The notes under the pieces: model-generated
The model's database searches: none
What the model was told of the DNA's origin: nothing
Seen by the model: the letters and a program-made list of their open reading frames with translations, nothing else
Translations under genes and position numbers: made by a program
Shown: positions 23,734 through 35,400 of the stretch, one piece after another
Numbering within the stretch: position 1 is the first letter of the stretch
How the letters are laid out: every line of letters starts with the position of its first letter
Assembly (NCBI GenBank): GCA_950097015.1
Contig: CATNEN010000039.1
Coordinates: 20,920,454 to 20,984,453 of the forward strand
DNA: 64,000 nucleotides
Reading direction: 5' to 3'
From: Macrostomum hystrix
Taxonomy: Eukaryota; Animalia; Platyhelminthes

Positions 23734-24285
23734 ATGTCCGACCAGGAGGATGAGGTCGTCGAGGCCATCGGCGCCCCCCGCCCACCTAGAGGCCGCGCTG
23801 CTGCCGCAGCGCGCGCCGATCCCCCAGCGGCAGCAGCAGCTGCAGCCGCCAATCAAGGGGACCCCATCGAGCGCCTAGCCTCCCTGATGGAGCGTCTAGA
23901 GCCGCGTCGAGCAAGAACTCACAGGGTGAAAGTTGCCCTGGAACCATTCGAATCGGCAGCAGACTCTTTTCCCCGCTGGCTGCGCCGGTTTAACCTGAAG
24001 GTTGAGGCTGAGGGCTTGGAAACAGAAGAGGAGAAAATCCTCACCCTGCTGGCCCACCTAGGCGGTGAACCCCTAACCCAAGCGATGACCCTGCCGCGCC
24101 GCGTGACCTATTTCCGGTTCGTGCAGGACCTGACCGAGGCCCTCAGCGGCGCCTGCACCCCCTATGCCCGGCTCCTCAGCGGGCGCAACCTGAGGCAGGA
24201 CCGAGGCGAATCATATGCCTCATTCGCCGACCGCCTGAGGTCCGCTGCTGCGCAGGTAAATACCAACGGCCACGACCCAGGCTAG
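23734..24285 (+). CDS. Truncated gag/capsid-like protein (183 aa)
   Basis: MSDQEDE.. followed by LEPFESAADSFPRWLRRFNLKVEAEGL..EEKILTLLAHLGGEPL (Ty3/gypsy capsid N-terminal pattern) and the MHR-like LRQDRGESYASFADRLRSAA. It ends without the rest of CA-CTD or a zinc knuckle. Confidence 0.8.
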   Translation: MSDQEDEVVEAIGAPRPPRGRAAAAARADPPAAAAAAAANQGDPIERLASLMERLEPRRARTHRVKVALEPFESAADSFPRWLRRFNLKVEAEGLETEEEKILTLLAHLGGEPLTQAMTLPRRVTYFRFVQDLTEALSGACTPYARLLSGRNLRQDRGESYASFADRLRSAAAQVNTNGHDPG

Positions 24286-25221
24286 GGAAAGGTAGCTCCC
24301 GCTGCGGGTGCCCCGAAGCACTCACCCGGCCGTGCTAGGCGACCGAGCCCCACTGGAGACCTCGTTGGGGAAGCGATCCCCCATTCTGTTACACTTTTTG
24401 CTCCTTTTCTCCTATTGTGCATGCCTTCCTTTTTCATCAAAGCCGCCTTGGCACAAAAATCTCATAAAAATTCTTATAATTTAGCCAGAAACCCAAAAAC
24501 ATACCTAGTGGGGTGAAATTCCCCTAGTACTTTTTCGCATGAGATGCTTATCTAATTGTAGCAAATTAGGGAATGCACCTTCTTTTCTCAAAGAGCATTT
24601 TACTTTTAATCGCACCACATCATGCATAGCACCTCTGCCTTATCTTGCTTCATATTGGTGGGTCTGTGGGAGTTCAATTTAGGACAACTTCTAAATTAGG
24701 AGGGACACCAACCCGCTAAAGTGAGCGGGGTGGTATGCCTTGGGAAATTCTATGCTTCTTTAAGGGTGGGAAGGCGGTTCAAATCAAAAAAAGGCCATCT
24801 CGGCGCCAAAACCTCTTAAAAACTTATATAAACTAATCAAAATCCAAAAACACACTTAGTGGGGTGAAATTCCCCTTGTAAAGTTTTCGCATGAGATTTT
24901 TCGATAACTGTAGCACATTAGGGTTCGCACCTTCTAAACATTTAGTTCTATTTGCACCGTTTATGTGAATGGCACCCTGTATCTCTCGTTTTTGCCTGGG
25001 TTGTCGGGAGTTTAGTTCATGTCGGCTTCTATCTTAGGAGGGATACCAACCCGCCAAAGTGAGCGGGGTGGTATGCACGTGGGATTTCAATGTTTGTCTA
25101 GAGTTGGTGGTTATAAATCAAGAGGCCAACAGGGTTACCTAGTTAAGTTCTATGGGAGGCAATGTGGTTGTTACAACGAACCAGAGATTTCGAATGATTT
25201 GGGCTTCTTTTTCCTCTGGGA

Positions 25222-26173
25222 TTAAAAAAATCGCAGATCAGGGGAGTAGTTTTTTTCTTGCTTTGTCCGGATGGTGAGCACCTGGGTAGGAATTTCGTAA
25301 TAGATTGTTTGAATCGGAAGGCCTAGGTGTACTGTAATGTAGATTAGCAGTCAGAATTAATTTTTCTATTTTATTTGTCGCTAGGCGGTTGTAAAGTTCG
25401 AGCAGCATAAATTAAAAGAATGAACAACGGGAGTCAGCAAGAAGTTAATCATTTCAGGCCAAATGGCATTTAGTACTATATTTGTGTTTTTTTAAAAGAA
25501 GGGGGAGCAGGTTTTGTTCCCATTAGTGGGGATTGATAGATAGGTTGCCATGGGGGTAATTCCCAGTTGGCGGTTTCAATCCGGAGTATATTTCAAATGG
25601 TGGCCTGGGAACAATTTTATATTTCAGATGGTGGCTAGCTGTAGTTATAACTTCAGAAAGATGGTTTCCAACTTACGAACGGCGAGAGATACTCGCACGG
25701 GCTGCTGCCCGACCGGAGCCATCGGCTGCTCCCTCTGCAGCGAATCACCTCTGGAAGATAGGAGGGCGAAATTAGTAGAACTTGATAGCAACAACCGCCA
25801 GAGAGTATGATAATTATGTAATTCAACCTATTCCAAATCTAGACTTCGAATTTCAATGGTCCTTTAGCTCATAGAGTCAGGGCGAGGGAGATTCCGCGCC
25901 CATAGGCCTAGTGGTGGCAATCGCAAACTAAATAACTTTCAATGTAATCAATCATTAACTAAGGAAGGGTTTTTCGCAGTCCCGGGTCGGGGTCAATCCC
26001 AACTTCTCGGGATAAAACGGCGTGCCGGGGGCAGCAATTACATTCGTTTCTATTATTATGCAATTAACCTTGTAATAACCCATTAATAACCGGCCTTGGG
26101 GGGCCGAGTGGAAGCAAAAAACAACTCACCTTTCTTCTCCAGGCAGAGGCTGATCCTCTAAGCGTGGCATCAT
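25222..26173 (-). CDS. Candidate 3-exon antisense ORF (75 aa): exons 26173-26130, 25750-25677, 25331-25222
   Basis: TATAAAA at 26297-26291. Donors AG|GTGAGT and C|GTAAGT. Acceptors CTACTAAT..CCCTCCTATCTTCCAG| and GCTAATCTACATTACAG|. The spliced frame stays open. Confidence 0.4.
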
Positions 26174-27077
26174 CGGCGGGCAGTAGTTCTCATGTTAGCA
26201 GCAGAAGATATCGGAGGAAATTTCGAGGTTTTCTTTTTATTTCTCTGGGAAAGATAGCAGCTTGAGTTTAATGGGGCGTTAAGTGATTGTTTTTATAGCA
26301 CTTAGTTAAGGGTCATGGTGGCGGTCTAATCGCCAGCCAATGGGAGCAAAGTGGGAATTCCGGGCAGAACCAGTTCAGGGGGCCCGTGGTAATAGTTTAG
26401 TTGTTGGGGCTCTGACCTTTTCGGTGAGGAGACACCTCGGTCGGCAACAGCACCACAAGCGGCCGAGCAGCGGTTTCCCCAGCTGCGACCAGCTGCAGCG
26501 CCGATTGGACCGCGCGCAACGGCTAGGCAACCGGCCCGGCGAGCATTCTAGGGCACGGCCAGCCGGAAACACCTGGAGCGCGCGGCGAATCAGAGGCTAC
26601 CAACGCCCGGCAACAGGATCGGTGAGGACGCAAAACGGGCCAGCCAATCTGGAACCACCTGGTGAGAGCACGGCCGGACCCCTCGGACTCAAGGAAAGAC
26701 GGCCAGAGCCTCCCAGGATTGCGCAACCGAGACCAAGCCGGGCAGGAGAAGATGGGCACAGCTGCGACCACCTGGAGAAGAAGGCGAGCCGGGACAAGGC
26801 ACACCCCGCGGTCACCAAGGGCAACTTTACCGCGAACGGAATGCGCACCCACCCCCCATAGGACGCTATACCGTAATCACTAGGGCCGCCGACCATTTTA
26901 TACTCACGCACCAATCTATTTATAGTAACCGTACGTACGTACGCATTAGGATTTCTTCTCTAGCGGAATTCTTCTTAGGGTTCTGTACAGTATGTTGTAG
27001 GTAATTTTTATTATTTTTCCCCTCGATTCTCGAGACACCCCGCTACTACTGTCAGTAGGCACGTAAGTGTCTTACGT

Positions 27078-27097
27078 GAAAGTGAGCGAAGGTGGAG
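27078..27097 (+). promoter_or_regulatory. Polypurine tract
   Basis: GAAAGTGAGCGAAGGTGGAG immediately before the TG of the 3' LTR. Confidence 0.8.
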
Positions 27098-29421
27098 TGA
27101 TGTGGAGTGTGCTGCGGGAATCGAGTGGGAATGTGAGCCAGCCGAATTTTTCCAATTTTTAGCAAGTTAATAATCGCGACCCACATAGCAGCTGGCCGCA
27201 GAACACCATCATTAATCTTAGGGCCAGACTTGGGGCGGAGGTGAATTAAGTAGCCGCCGATTCCCCTTGTCTCGGATCTGTCTAGTCCCCTGTAGAAGTG
27301 ACTGATCGCGGCCATAGCAATACTGTATGGACTAGTTTAGGTCATAATTCCCCTCCAAACCGCGATCAGATTGTAGGGATCACTCATGCGTCTAGAGTGA
27401 GCATTAATTCTTCATGTCCCTTTTCTTTACTGTAACCCGAGCCGAAGCTCGATTATGACCTTTCCCCCTTTAGATACATGTAACGACACTATAGGCAGGT
27501 CGGCGCCTGCGCTTCCCATATCCCGGCGGGATCACAATCATTGGCCGACTGCCGGCAGACGCTCCTAGTGGAGCATCTGGCGATTCTCGCCGCCGCTTCA
27601 GTGGGCAATTGGGGTGGCATAATGCCGACCCGATTCCTCGCTGACAGGCTGGCGAGCATGTGGGTTATTTTGATGAATGCGAGGTTGACGGAGCTGCAGG
27701 ACTATTTAAGAGAGCGCGCTGCGCTGCCCCTAGGACAACCTTCCCTCCACCCTGGACTAAAACCTACCCCCCTTCCTGTCTGGTCCCGGAACACGGTCCG
27801 TGGACTCTCCCCCTTACTAGATAGGACTTAGCCCCTGAGCCTAAGGCTCCAGATCATAGCAGCAGGCAACTACCTGCTAGTGCCCCTAAGCGCAAGCCAC
27901 CTCCTTGGGTGAGCTCCAAATTGAGCCGTGTGCTCCTGCGATTTGGTCCCTTGCCAATCGCACTAGGCACCCCCGTCCCTACTTCCTCTTTCAATTGCCT
28001 TTCCCAGCGAGACCAACGGCCTGCAGCCTGTCAACCAGCATCGCAGATAAGTAACCCGCGTAGCGGACTTTTATTGCTATCCCTAAGGGATTTATTATCT
28101 AGCTAGTGGGCAATTGGGGCAAGGGCAGGGTTTCGATTCTAGCCTAATAAACTATTATTCATCTTAGTCGCCAATCATTTAACTATTAGGCAATTTAGTA
28201 ACAATTTAAATCACTTTCTATCATGCTGTTATTTCCCCTTTATTTTCTCATTGGACAGCCCTCAATCATGAGTGGCTAATTCACTAGGGGAATGGGCTCT
28301 GGCGAGGCCGAGCTGAAAGCTGCGGCAAGAAGGCTACTGTGAGCGCGCATGAGAGTAATATGGAGCTAGGGATTTGCGAGCTAAATGCGGGATGTAGCGT
28401 GTGCATTTCTGCCTACGAGGTGGGGGATTCCTTGGCCGGCTTTCCTCACTCTCTCGGCGGGTTCCAGTGTATGCGTCAAGTTCCTTTGCCAATTTGAATT
28501 CTCCCTCTTTTCCCCGCCTTTCGCAACCGCGGCCATGGGAGCGAGAGGCGTGATCTAATAATTTCCTGCTTGCATAATCACTCAGCCAGTGTTCAGCTTA
28601 ATCTCTCCTGCCTCTGTTCTCCTCAACTCACACAGAATCGGCTTGCTAGTTATCTAATGAGTAGGCTGCAGTCTAATGTACGGAATGTGTCTAATGTCTC
28701 ATGAGTAGGATTCTGGCTATGGATTTCTCATTCGGGTTCGGAGTACCACCTTTCTAGACCACTGTAGCGCAGTTTCAGGAATCCCCTTGTGAGGCGTGAC
28801 TCGATCCATTCTGGGGTTCTCACCCTAGTCTAAAACGGAAGTTACAGAATGCTCTATTTTTCGGCTTGTCTAAGATCTGTGTGACAAACTAGGAGCTGCG
28901 AGCTCCGGGGACCCAAGTTCCCAAATGTCTGCGGTGGCAACGTAGGCGCATTGGGTGGTGGCGCTACCTTCGATCATTATCCGCTTTGCCGATAGCCTTT
29001 CCGCATTTCTAAGACAAGAGCCTAGGCCGAGTCGACCACTGCTACCAAAGTTAGGAGTCAGTTACGAACATGCTACTGATGACAGTAGGCTATCTAGCCC
29101 TGTCCTATTCGCTTGCGGGTAGTCCGACATCTATTTAGACTTTTAGCCGGTTTCGAGCACTGCTTGGGGTGGGCACGGCAGTCATGCCTGTGGCCTATGG
29201 GTTGGGTGGGACTGGCCAGCCTGAGGCCAATAGGACCACTCACTTGCATCCTTTGTACCGCCTCATCTCTCCCTTCATCTCTCCCTTCATCCCTCCCTTC
29301 GTCATCCCTCTCTGCGACAACTCGCGGCAGCAGCGATCGACCTCCGACTCTATCGTCGTTTTCCACACTCCTATCTTTCATGAGGGCGGTCATCGGCTGG
29401 CAAAAGGCCCGCACTATTTCA
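27098..29421 (+). repeat. 3' LTR (2324 bp)
   Basis: Near-identical to the 5' LTR. Differences seen by eye at 21884G/28891A and 21955T/28962C. Confidence 0.96.
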
Positions 29422-32400
29422 CTGCAAAGCTACTGGAATGAGATTCTTCAGGACTACAAAGCTACTGGACTGAGATTCTTCAGGACTGGAAAGCTACTGG
29501 ACTGAGATTCTTCAGGAGGGGGTCGGTGGCAGAGCGGTTAACGCGTTTGCCACTCGCACCACAGTCCCTAAGTTCGATTCCACGGCGAGGCCACATTTAT
29601 TTGGGGCGCCGCCGCGGAGAGAAGGCTTGGGGGCTTGTCGTACAATTTACGCCCTTGAGGGCCAACCTCCAAGGCACAGTTCGAGTGTACACTGCCTGAC
29701 GATGAGAAAGTCAGGGCAGATGTACACACCTGTGTGAGCGTATGCCTGCGTAAGGTATCTGTGTGCGTGTGTGCTCAGGAGTCAGCGAAATGGGCAGAAT
29801 TGCCTCCTCGCTGGCTGCGGGTCTAGTGTCACCAAACTATGTGTCATTGCCCGCAGCCCTCCTGCAATTATTATTATTATTATTGAGATTCTTCAGGACT
29901 GCAAAGCTACTGGACTGAGATTCTTAAGGACTGCAAAGCCAATTAATGGACTGACATTCTTCAGGACTGCAAAGCTACCAGACTGAGATTCTTCAGGACT
30001 GCAAAGCTACCGGAATGAGATTCTACAGGACTGCAAAGCTACTGGACTGAGATTCTTCAGGACTGCAAAGCTACCGGAATGAGATTCTTCGGGATTGCAA
30101 AGCTACTGGACTGAGATTATTCAGGACTGCAAAGCCACTGGACTGGGATTCTTCAGGACTGCAAAGCTACTGAACTGAGATTCTAAAGGACTGCAAAGCT
30201 ACTGGACTGGGATTCTTCAGGACTGCAAACCTACTGGACTGAGATTCTACAGGACTGCAAATCTACTGGACTGGGATTCTTCAGGACTGCAAAGCTACTG
30301 GACTGAGATTCTTCAGGACTGCAAAGCTACTGGAATGAGATTCTTAAGGACTGCATACCTACTGGACTGAAATTTTACAGGACTGCAAAGCTACTGGACA
30401 GAGATTCTTCAGGAGTGCAAAGCTACCGGACTATGATTCTTGAGGACTGCAAAGCTACTGGACTTAGATTCTTCAGGACTGCAAAGCTACTGGACTGGGA
30501 TTCTTCAGGACTGCAAAGCTACCCGACTGAAATTCTTGAGGACTGCAAAGCTACTGGACTGAGATTCTTCAGGACTGCAAAGCTACTGGACTGAGATTCT
30601 TCAGGACTGCAAAGCTACTGGACTGAGATTCTTCAGGACTGCAAAGCTACTGGACTGAGATTCTTGAGGACTGCAAAGCTACTGGACTGAGATTCTTTAG
30701 GACTGCAAAGCTACTGGACTGAGATTCTTCAGGACTGCAAAGCTACTGGACTGAGATTCTTCAGGACTGCAAAGCTACTGGACTGAGATTCTTCAGAACT
30801 GCAAAGCTACTGGACTAAATTCTTCAGGACTGCAAAGCTACTGGACTGAGATTCTTGAGGACTGCAAAGCTACTGGACTGAGATTCTTTAGGACTGCAAA
30901 GCTACTGGACTGAGTTTCTTCAGGACTGCAAAGCTACTGGACTGAGATTCTTCAGGACTGCAAAGCTACTGGACTGAGATTCTTCAGAACTGCAAAGCTA
31001 CTGGACTAAATTCTTCATGACTGCAAAGCTACAGGACTGAGATTCTTCAGGACTGCAAAGCTACTGGACTGAGATTCTTCAGGACTGCAAAGCTACTGGA
31101 CTGAGATTCTACAGGACTGCAAAGCTACTGGACTGGGATTCTTCAGGACTGCAAAGCTACTGGAATGAGATTCTTCAGGACTGCAAAGTTACTGGACCGA
31201 GATTCTTCAGGACTGGAAAGCTACTAGACTGAGATTCTTCAGGACTGCAAAGCTACTGGACTGAGATTCTTCAGGACTGGAAAGCTACTGGACTGAGATT
31301 CTTCAGGACTGCAAAGCTACTGGACTGAGATTCTTCAGAACTGCAAAGCTACTGGACTAAATTCTTCAGGACTGCAAAGCTACAGGACTGAGATTCTTCA
31401 GGACTGCAAAGCTACTGGACTGAGATTCTTCAGAACTGCAAAGCTACTGGACTAAATTCTTCAGGACTGCAAAGCTACAGGACTGAGATTCTTCAGGACT
31501 GCAAAGCTACTGGACTGAGATTCTTCAGGACTGCAAAGCTACTGGACTGAGATTCTACAGGACTGCAAAGCTACTGGACTGGGATTCTTCAGGACTGCAA
31601 AGCTACTGGAATGAGATTCTTCAGGACTGCAAAGCTACTGGACTGAGATTCTTCAGGACTGCAAAGCTACTGGACTGAGATTCTTCAGAACTGCAAAGCT
31701 ACTGGACTAAATTCTTCAGGACTGCAAAGCTACAGGACTGAGATTCTTCAGGACTGCAAAGCTACTGGACTGAGATTCTTCATGACTGCAAAGCTACTGG
31801 ACTGAGATTCTACAGGACTGCAAAGCTACTGGACTGGGATTCTTCAGGACTGCAAAGCTACTGGAATGAGATTCTTCAGGACTGCAAAGTTACTAGACCG
31901 AGATTCTTAAGTACTGCAAAGCTACTGGAATGAGATTCTTCAGGACTACAAAGCTACTGGACTGAGATTCTTCAGGACTGGAAAGCTACTGGACTGAGAT
32001 TCTTCAGGACTGCAAAGCTACTGGACTGAGATTCTTAAGGACTGCAAAGCCAATTAATGGACTGAGATTCTTCAGGACTGGAAAGCTACTGGACTGAGAT
32101 TCTTCAGGACTGCAAAGCTACTGGACTGAGATTCTTCAGGACTGCAAAGCTACTGGACTGAGATTCTACAGGACTGCAAAGCTACTGGACTGGGATTCTT
32201 CAGGACTGCAAAGCTACTGGAATGAGATTCTTCAGGACTGCAAAGCTACTGGACTGAGATTCTTCAGGACTGCAAAGCTACTGGACTGAGATTCTTCAGA
32301 ACTGCAAAGCTACTGGACTAAATTCTTCAGGACTGCAAAGCTACAGGACTGAGATTCTTCAGGACTGCAAAGCTACTGGACTGAGATTCTTCATGACTGC

Positions 32401-35400
32401 AAAGCTACTGGACTGAGATTCTACAGGACTGCAAAGCTACTGGACTGGGATTCTTCAGGACTGCAAAGCTACTGGAATGAGATTCTTCAGGACTGCAAAG
32501 TTACTAGACCGAGATTCTTAAGTACTGCAAAGCTACTGGAATGAGATTCTTCAGGACTACAAAGCTACTGGACTGAGATTCTTCAGGACTGGAAAGCTAC
32601 TGGACTGAGATTCTTCAGGACTGCAAAGCTACTGGACTGAGATTCTTAAGGACTGCAAAGCCAATTAATGGACTGACATTCTTCAGGACTGCAAAGCTAC
32701 CAGACTGAGATTCTTCAGGACTGCAAAGCTACCGGAATGAGATTCTACAGGACTGCAAAGCTACTGGACTGAGATTCTTCAGGACTGCAAAGCTACCGGA
32801 ATGAGATTCTTCGGGATTGCAAAGCTACTGGACTGAGATTATTCAGGACTGCAAAGCCACTGGACTGGGATTCTTCAGGACTGCAAAGCTACTGAACTGA
32901 GATTCTAAAGGACTGCAAAGCTACTGGACTGGGATTCTTCAGGACTGCAAACCTACTGGACTGAGATTCTACAGGACTGCAAATCTACTGGACTGGGATT
33001 CTTCAGGACTGCAAAGCTACTGGACTGAGATTCTTCAGGACTGCAAAGCTACTGGAATGAGATTCTTAAGGACTGCAAAGCTACTGGAATGAGATTCTTC
33101 AGGACTGCAAAGCTACTGGACTGAGATTCTTCAGGACTGCAAAGCTACTGGACTAAATTCTTCAGGACTGCAAAGCTACAGGACTGAGATTCTTCAGGAC
33201 TGCAAAGCTACTGGACTGAGATTCTTCAGGACTGCAAAGCTACTGGACTGAGATTCTTCAGAACTGCAAAGCTACTGGACTAAATTCTTCAGGACTGCAA
33301 AGCTACAGGACTGAGATTCTTCAGGACTGCAAAGCTACTGGACTGAGATTCTTCAGAACTGCAAAGCTACTGGACTAAATTCTTCAGGACTGCAAAGCTA
33401 CAGGACTGAGATTCTTCAGGACTGCAAAGCTACTGGACTGAGATTCTTCAGGACTGCAAAGCTACTGGACTGAGATTCTACAGGACTGCAAAGCTACTGG
33501 ACTGGGATTCTTCAGGACTGCAAAGCTACTGGAATGAGATTCTTCAGGACTGCAAAGCTACTGGACTGAGATTCTTCAGGACTGCAAAGCTACTGGACTG
33601 AGATTCTTCAGAACTGCAAAGCTACTGGACTAAATTCTTCAGGACTGCAAAGCTACAGGACTGAGATTCTTCAGGACTGCAAAGCTACTGGACTGAGATT
33701 CTTCATGACTGCAAAGCTACTGGACTGAGATTCTACAGGACTGCAAAGCTACTGGACTGGGATTCTTCAGGACTGCAAAGCTACTGGAATGAGATTCTTC
33801 AGGACTGCAAAGTTACTGGACCGAGATTCTTAAGTACTGCAAAGCTACTGGAATGAGATTCTTCAGGACTACAAAGCTACTGGACTGAGATTCTTCAGGA
33901 CTGGAAAGCTACTGGACTGAGATTCTTCAGGACTGCAAAGCTACTGGACTGAGATTCTTAAGGACTGCAAAGCCAATTAATGGACTGACATTCTTCAGGA
34001 CTGCAAAGCTACCAGACTGAGATTCTTCAGGACTGCAAAGCTACCGGAATGAGATTCTACAGGACTGCAAAGCTACTGGACTGAGATTCTTCAGGACTGC
34101 AAAGCTACCGGAATGAGATTCTTCGGGATTGCAAAGCTACTGGACTGAGATTATTCAGGACTGCAAAGCCACTGGACTGGGATTCTTCAGGACTGCAAAG
34201 CTACTGAACTGAGATTCTAAAGGACTGCAAAGCTACTGGACTGCAAACCTACTGGACTGAGATTCTACAGGACTGCAAATCTACTGGACTGGGATTCTTC
34301 AGGACTGCAAAGCTACTGGACTGAGATTCTTCAGGACTGCAAAGCTACTGGAATGAGATTCTTAAGGACTGCAAAGCTACTGGAATGAGATTCTTCAGGA
34401 CTGCAAAGCTACTGGACTGAGATTCTTCAGGACTGCAAAGCTACTAGACTGAGATTCTTCTAGACTGCAAAGCTACTGGACTGAGATTCTTCAGAACTGC
34501 AAAGCTACTGGACTGAGATTCTTCGGGATTGCAAAGCTACTGGAGTGAGATTCTTCAGGACTGAAAAGCTTCTGGACTTAAACTCTTTAAGGCTGCAAAC
34601 CTACTGGACTGAGATTCTTCAGGACTGCAAACCTACTGGACTGAAATTCTTCAGGACTGCAAACCTACTGGACTGAGATTCTTAAGGACTGCAAACCTAC
34701 TGGACTGAGACTCTTCAGGACTGCAAACCTACTGGACTGAGATTCTTCAGGACTGCAAACCTACTGGACTGAAATTCTTCAGGACTGCAAAGCTACTGGA
34801 CTGAGATTCTTCAGGACTGCAAAGCTACTGGACTGAAATTCTTCAGGACTGCAAAGCTACTGGACTGAGATTCTTCAGGACTGCAAAGCTACCGGACTAT
34901 GATTCTTGAGGACTGCAAAGCTACTGGACTGAAATTCTACAGGACTGCAAAGCTACTGGACAGAGATTCTTCAGGACTGCAAAGCTACTGGACTGAGATT
35001 CTTCACGACTGCAAAGCTACTGGACTGGGATTCTTCAGGAAAGCAAAGCTACTGGACTGAAATTCTTGAGGACTGCAAAGCTACTGGACTGAGATTCTTC
35101 AGGACTGCAAAGCTACTGGACTGAGATTCTTCAGGACTGCAAAGCTACTGGACTGAGATTCTTCAGGACTGCAAAGCTACTGGACTGAGATTCTTGAGGA
35201 CTGCAAAGCTACTGGACTGAGATTCTTTAGGACTGCAAAGCTACTGGACAAAATTCTTCAGGACTGCAAAGCTACAGGACTGAGATTCTTCAGGACTGCA
35301 AAGCTACTGGACTGAGATTCTTCAGGACTGCAAAGCAACTGGACTGAGATTCTACAGGACTGCAAAGCTACTGGACTGGGATTCTTCAGGACTGCAAAGC

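Larger units (their letters stand above)
20091..29421 (+). mobile_element. Non-autonomous Ty3/gypsy-like LTR retrotransposon (LARD/TR-GAG-like), 9331 bp, inserted in the satellite
   Basis: TG..CA LTRs, 4-bp TSD CTGC (20087-20090 and 29422-29425), PBS, PPT and a truncated gag. No PR/RT/RH/IN ORF in the 4683-bp internal region. Confidence 0.93.

Noticed and set aside
26340-26914. GC-rich ORFs before the PPT as integrase/env remnants
   Set aside because: No DDE, HHCC, chromodomain, signal peptide or transmembrane motif is recognisable.
20091-29421. 2.3-kb direct repeat as an assembly or segmental duplication
   Set aside because: TG..CA ends, PBS, PPT and TSD identify the repeats as genuine LTRs.
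29518-29593. Functional tRNA gene
   Set aside because: Box A and B are present, but the acceptor and anticodon stems do not pair well. It continues into a SINE body with a tail and TSD.
29696-29715. Hammerhead-like core CTGACGA..GAAA in the SINE
   Set aside because: Only 3 nt separate the boxes, there is no stem II or III, the segment folds as a simple hairpin, and the cleavage triplet context differs in the other copy.
29802-29815. GCCTCCTCGCTGGC, identical to HDV genomic P3/L3
   Set aside because: There is no upstream P1 strand, no GG for P1.1 and no J4/2-P2. It is better explained by the LINE-shared hairpin and the downstream stem-loop.
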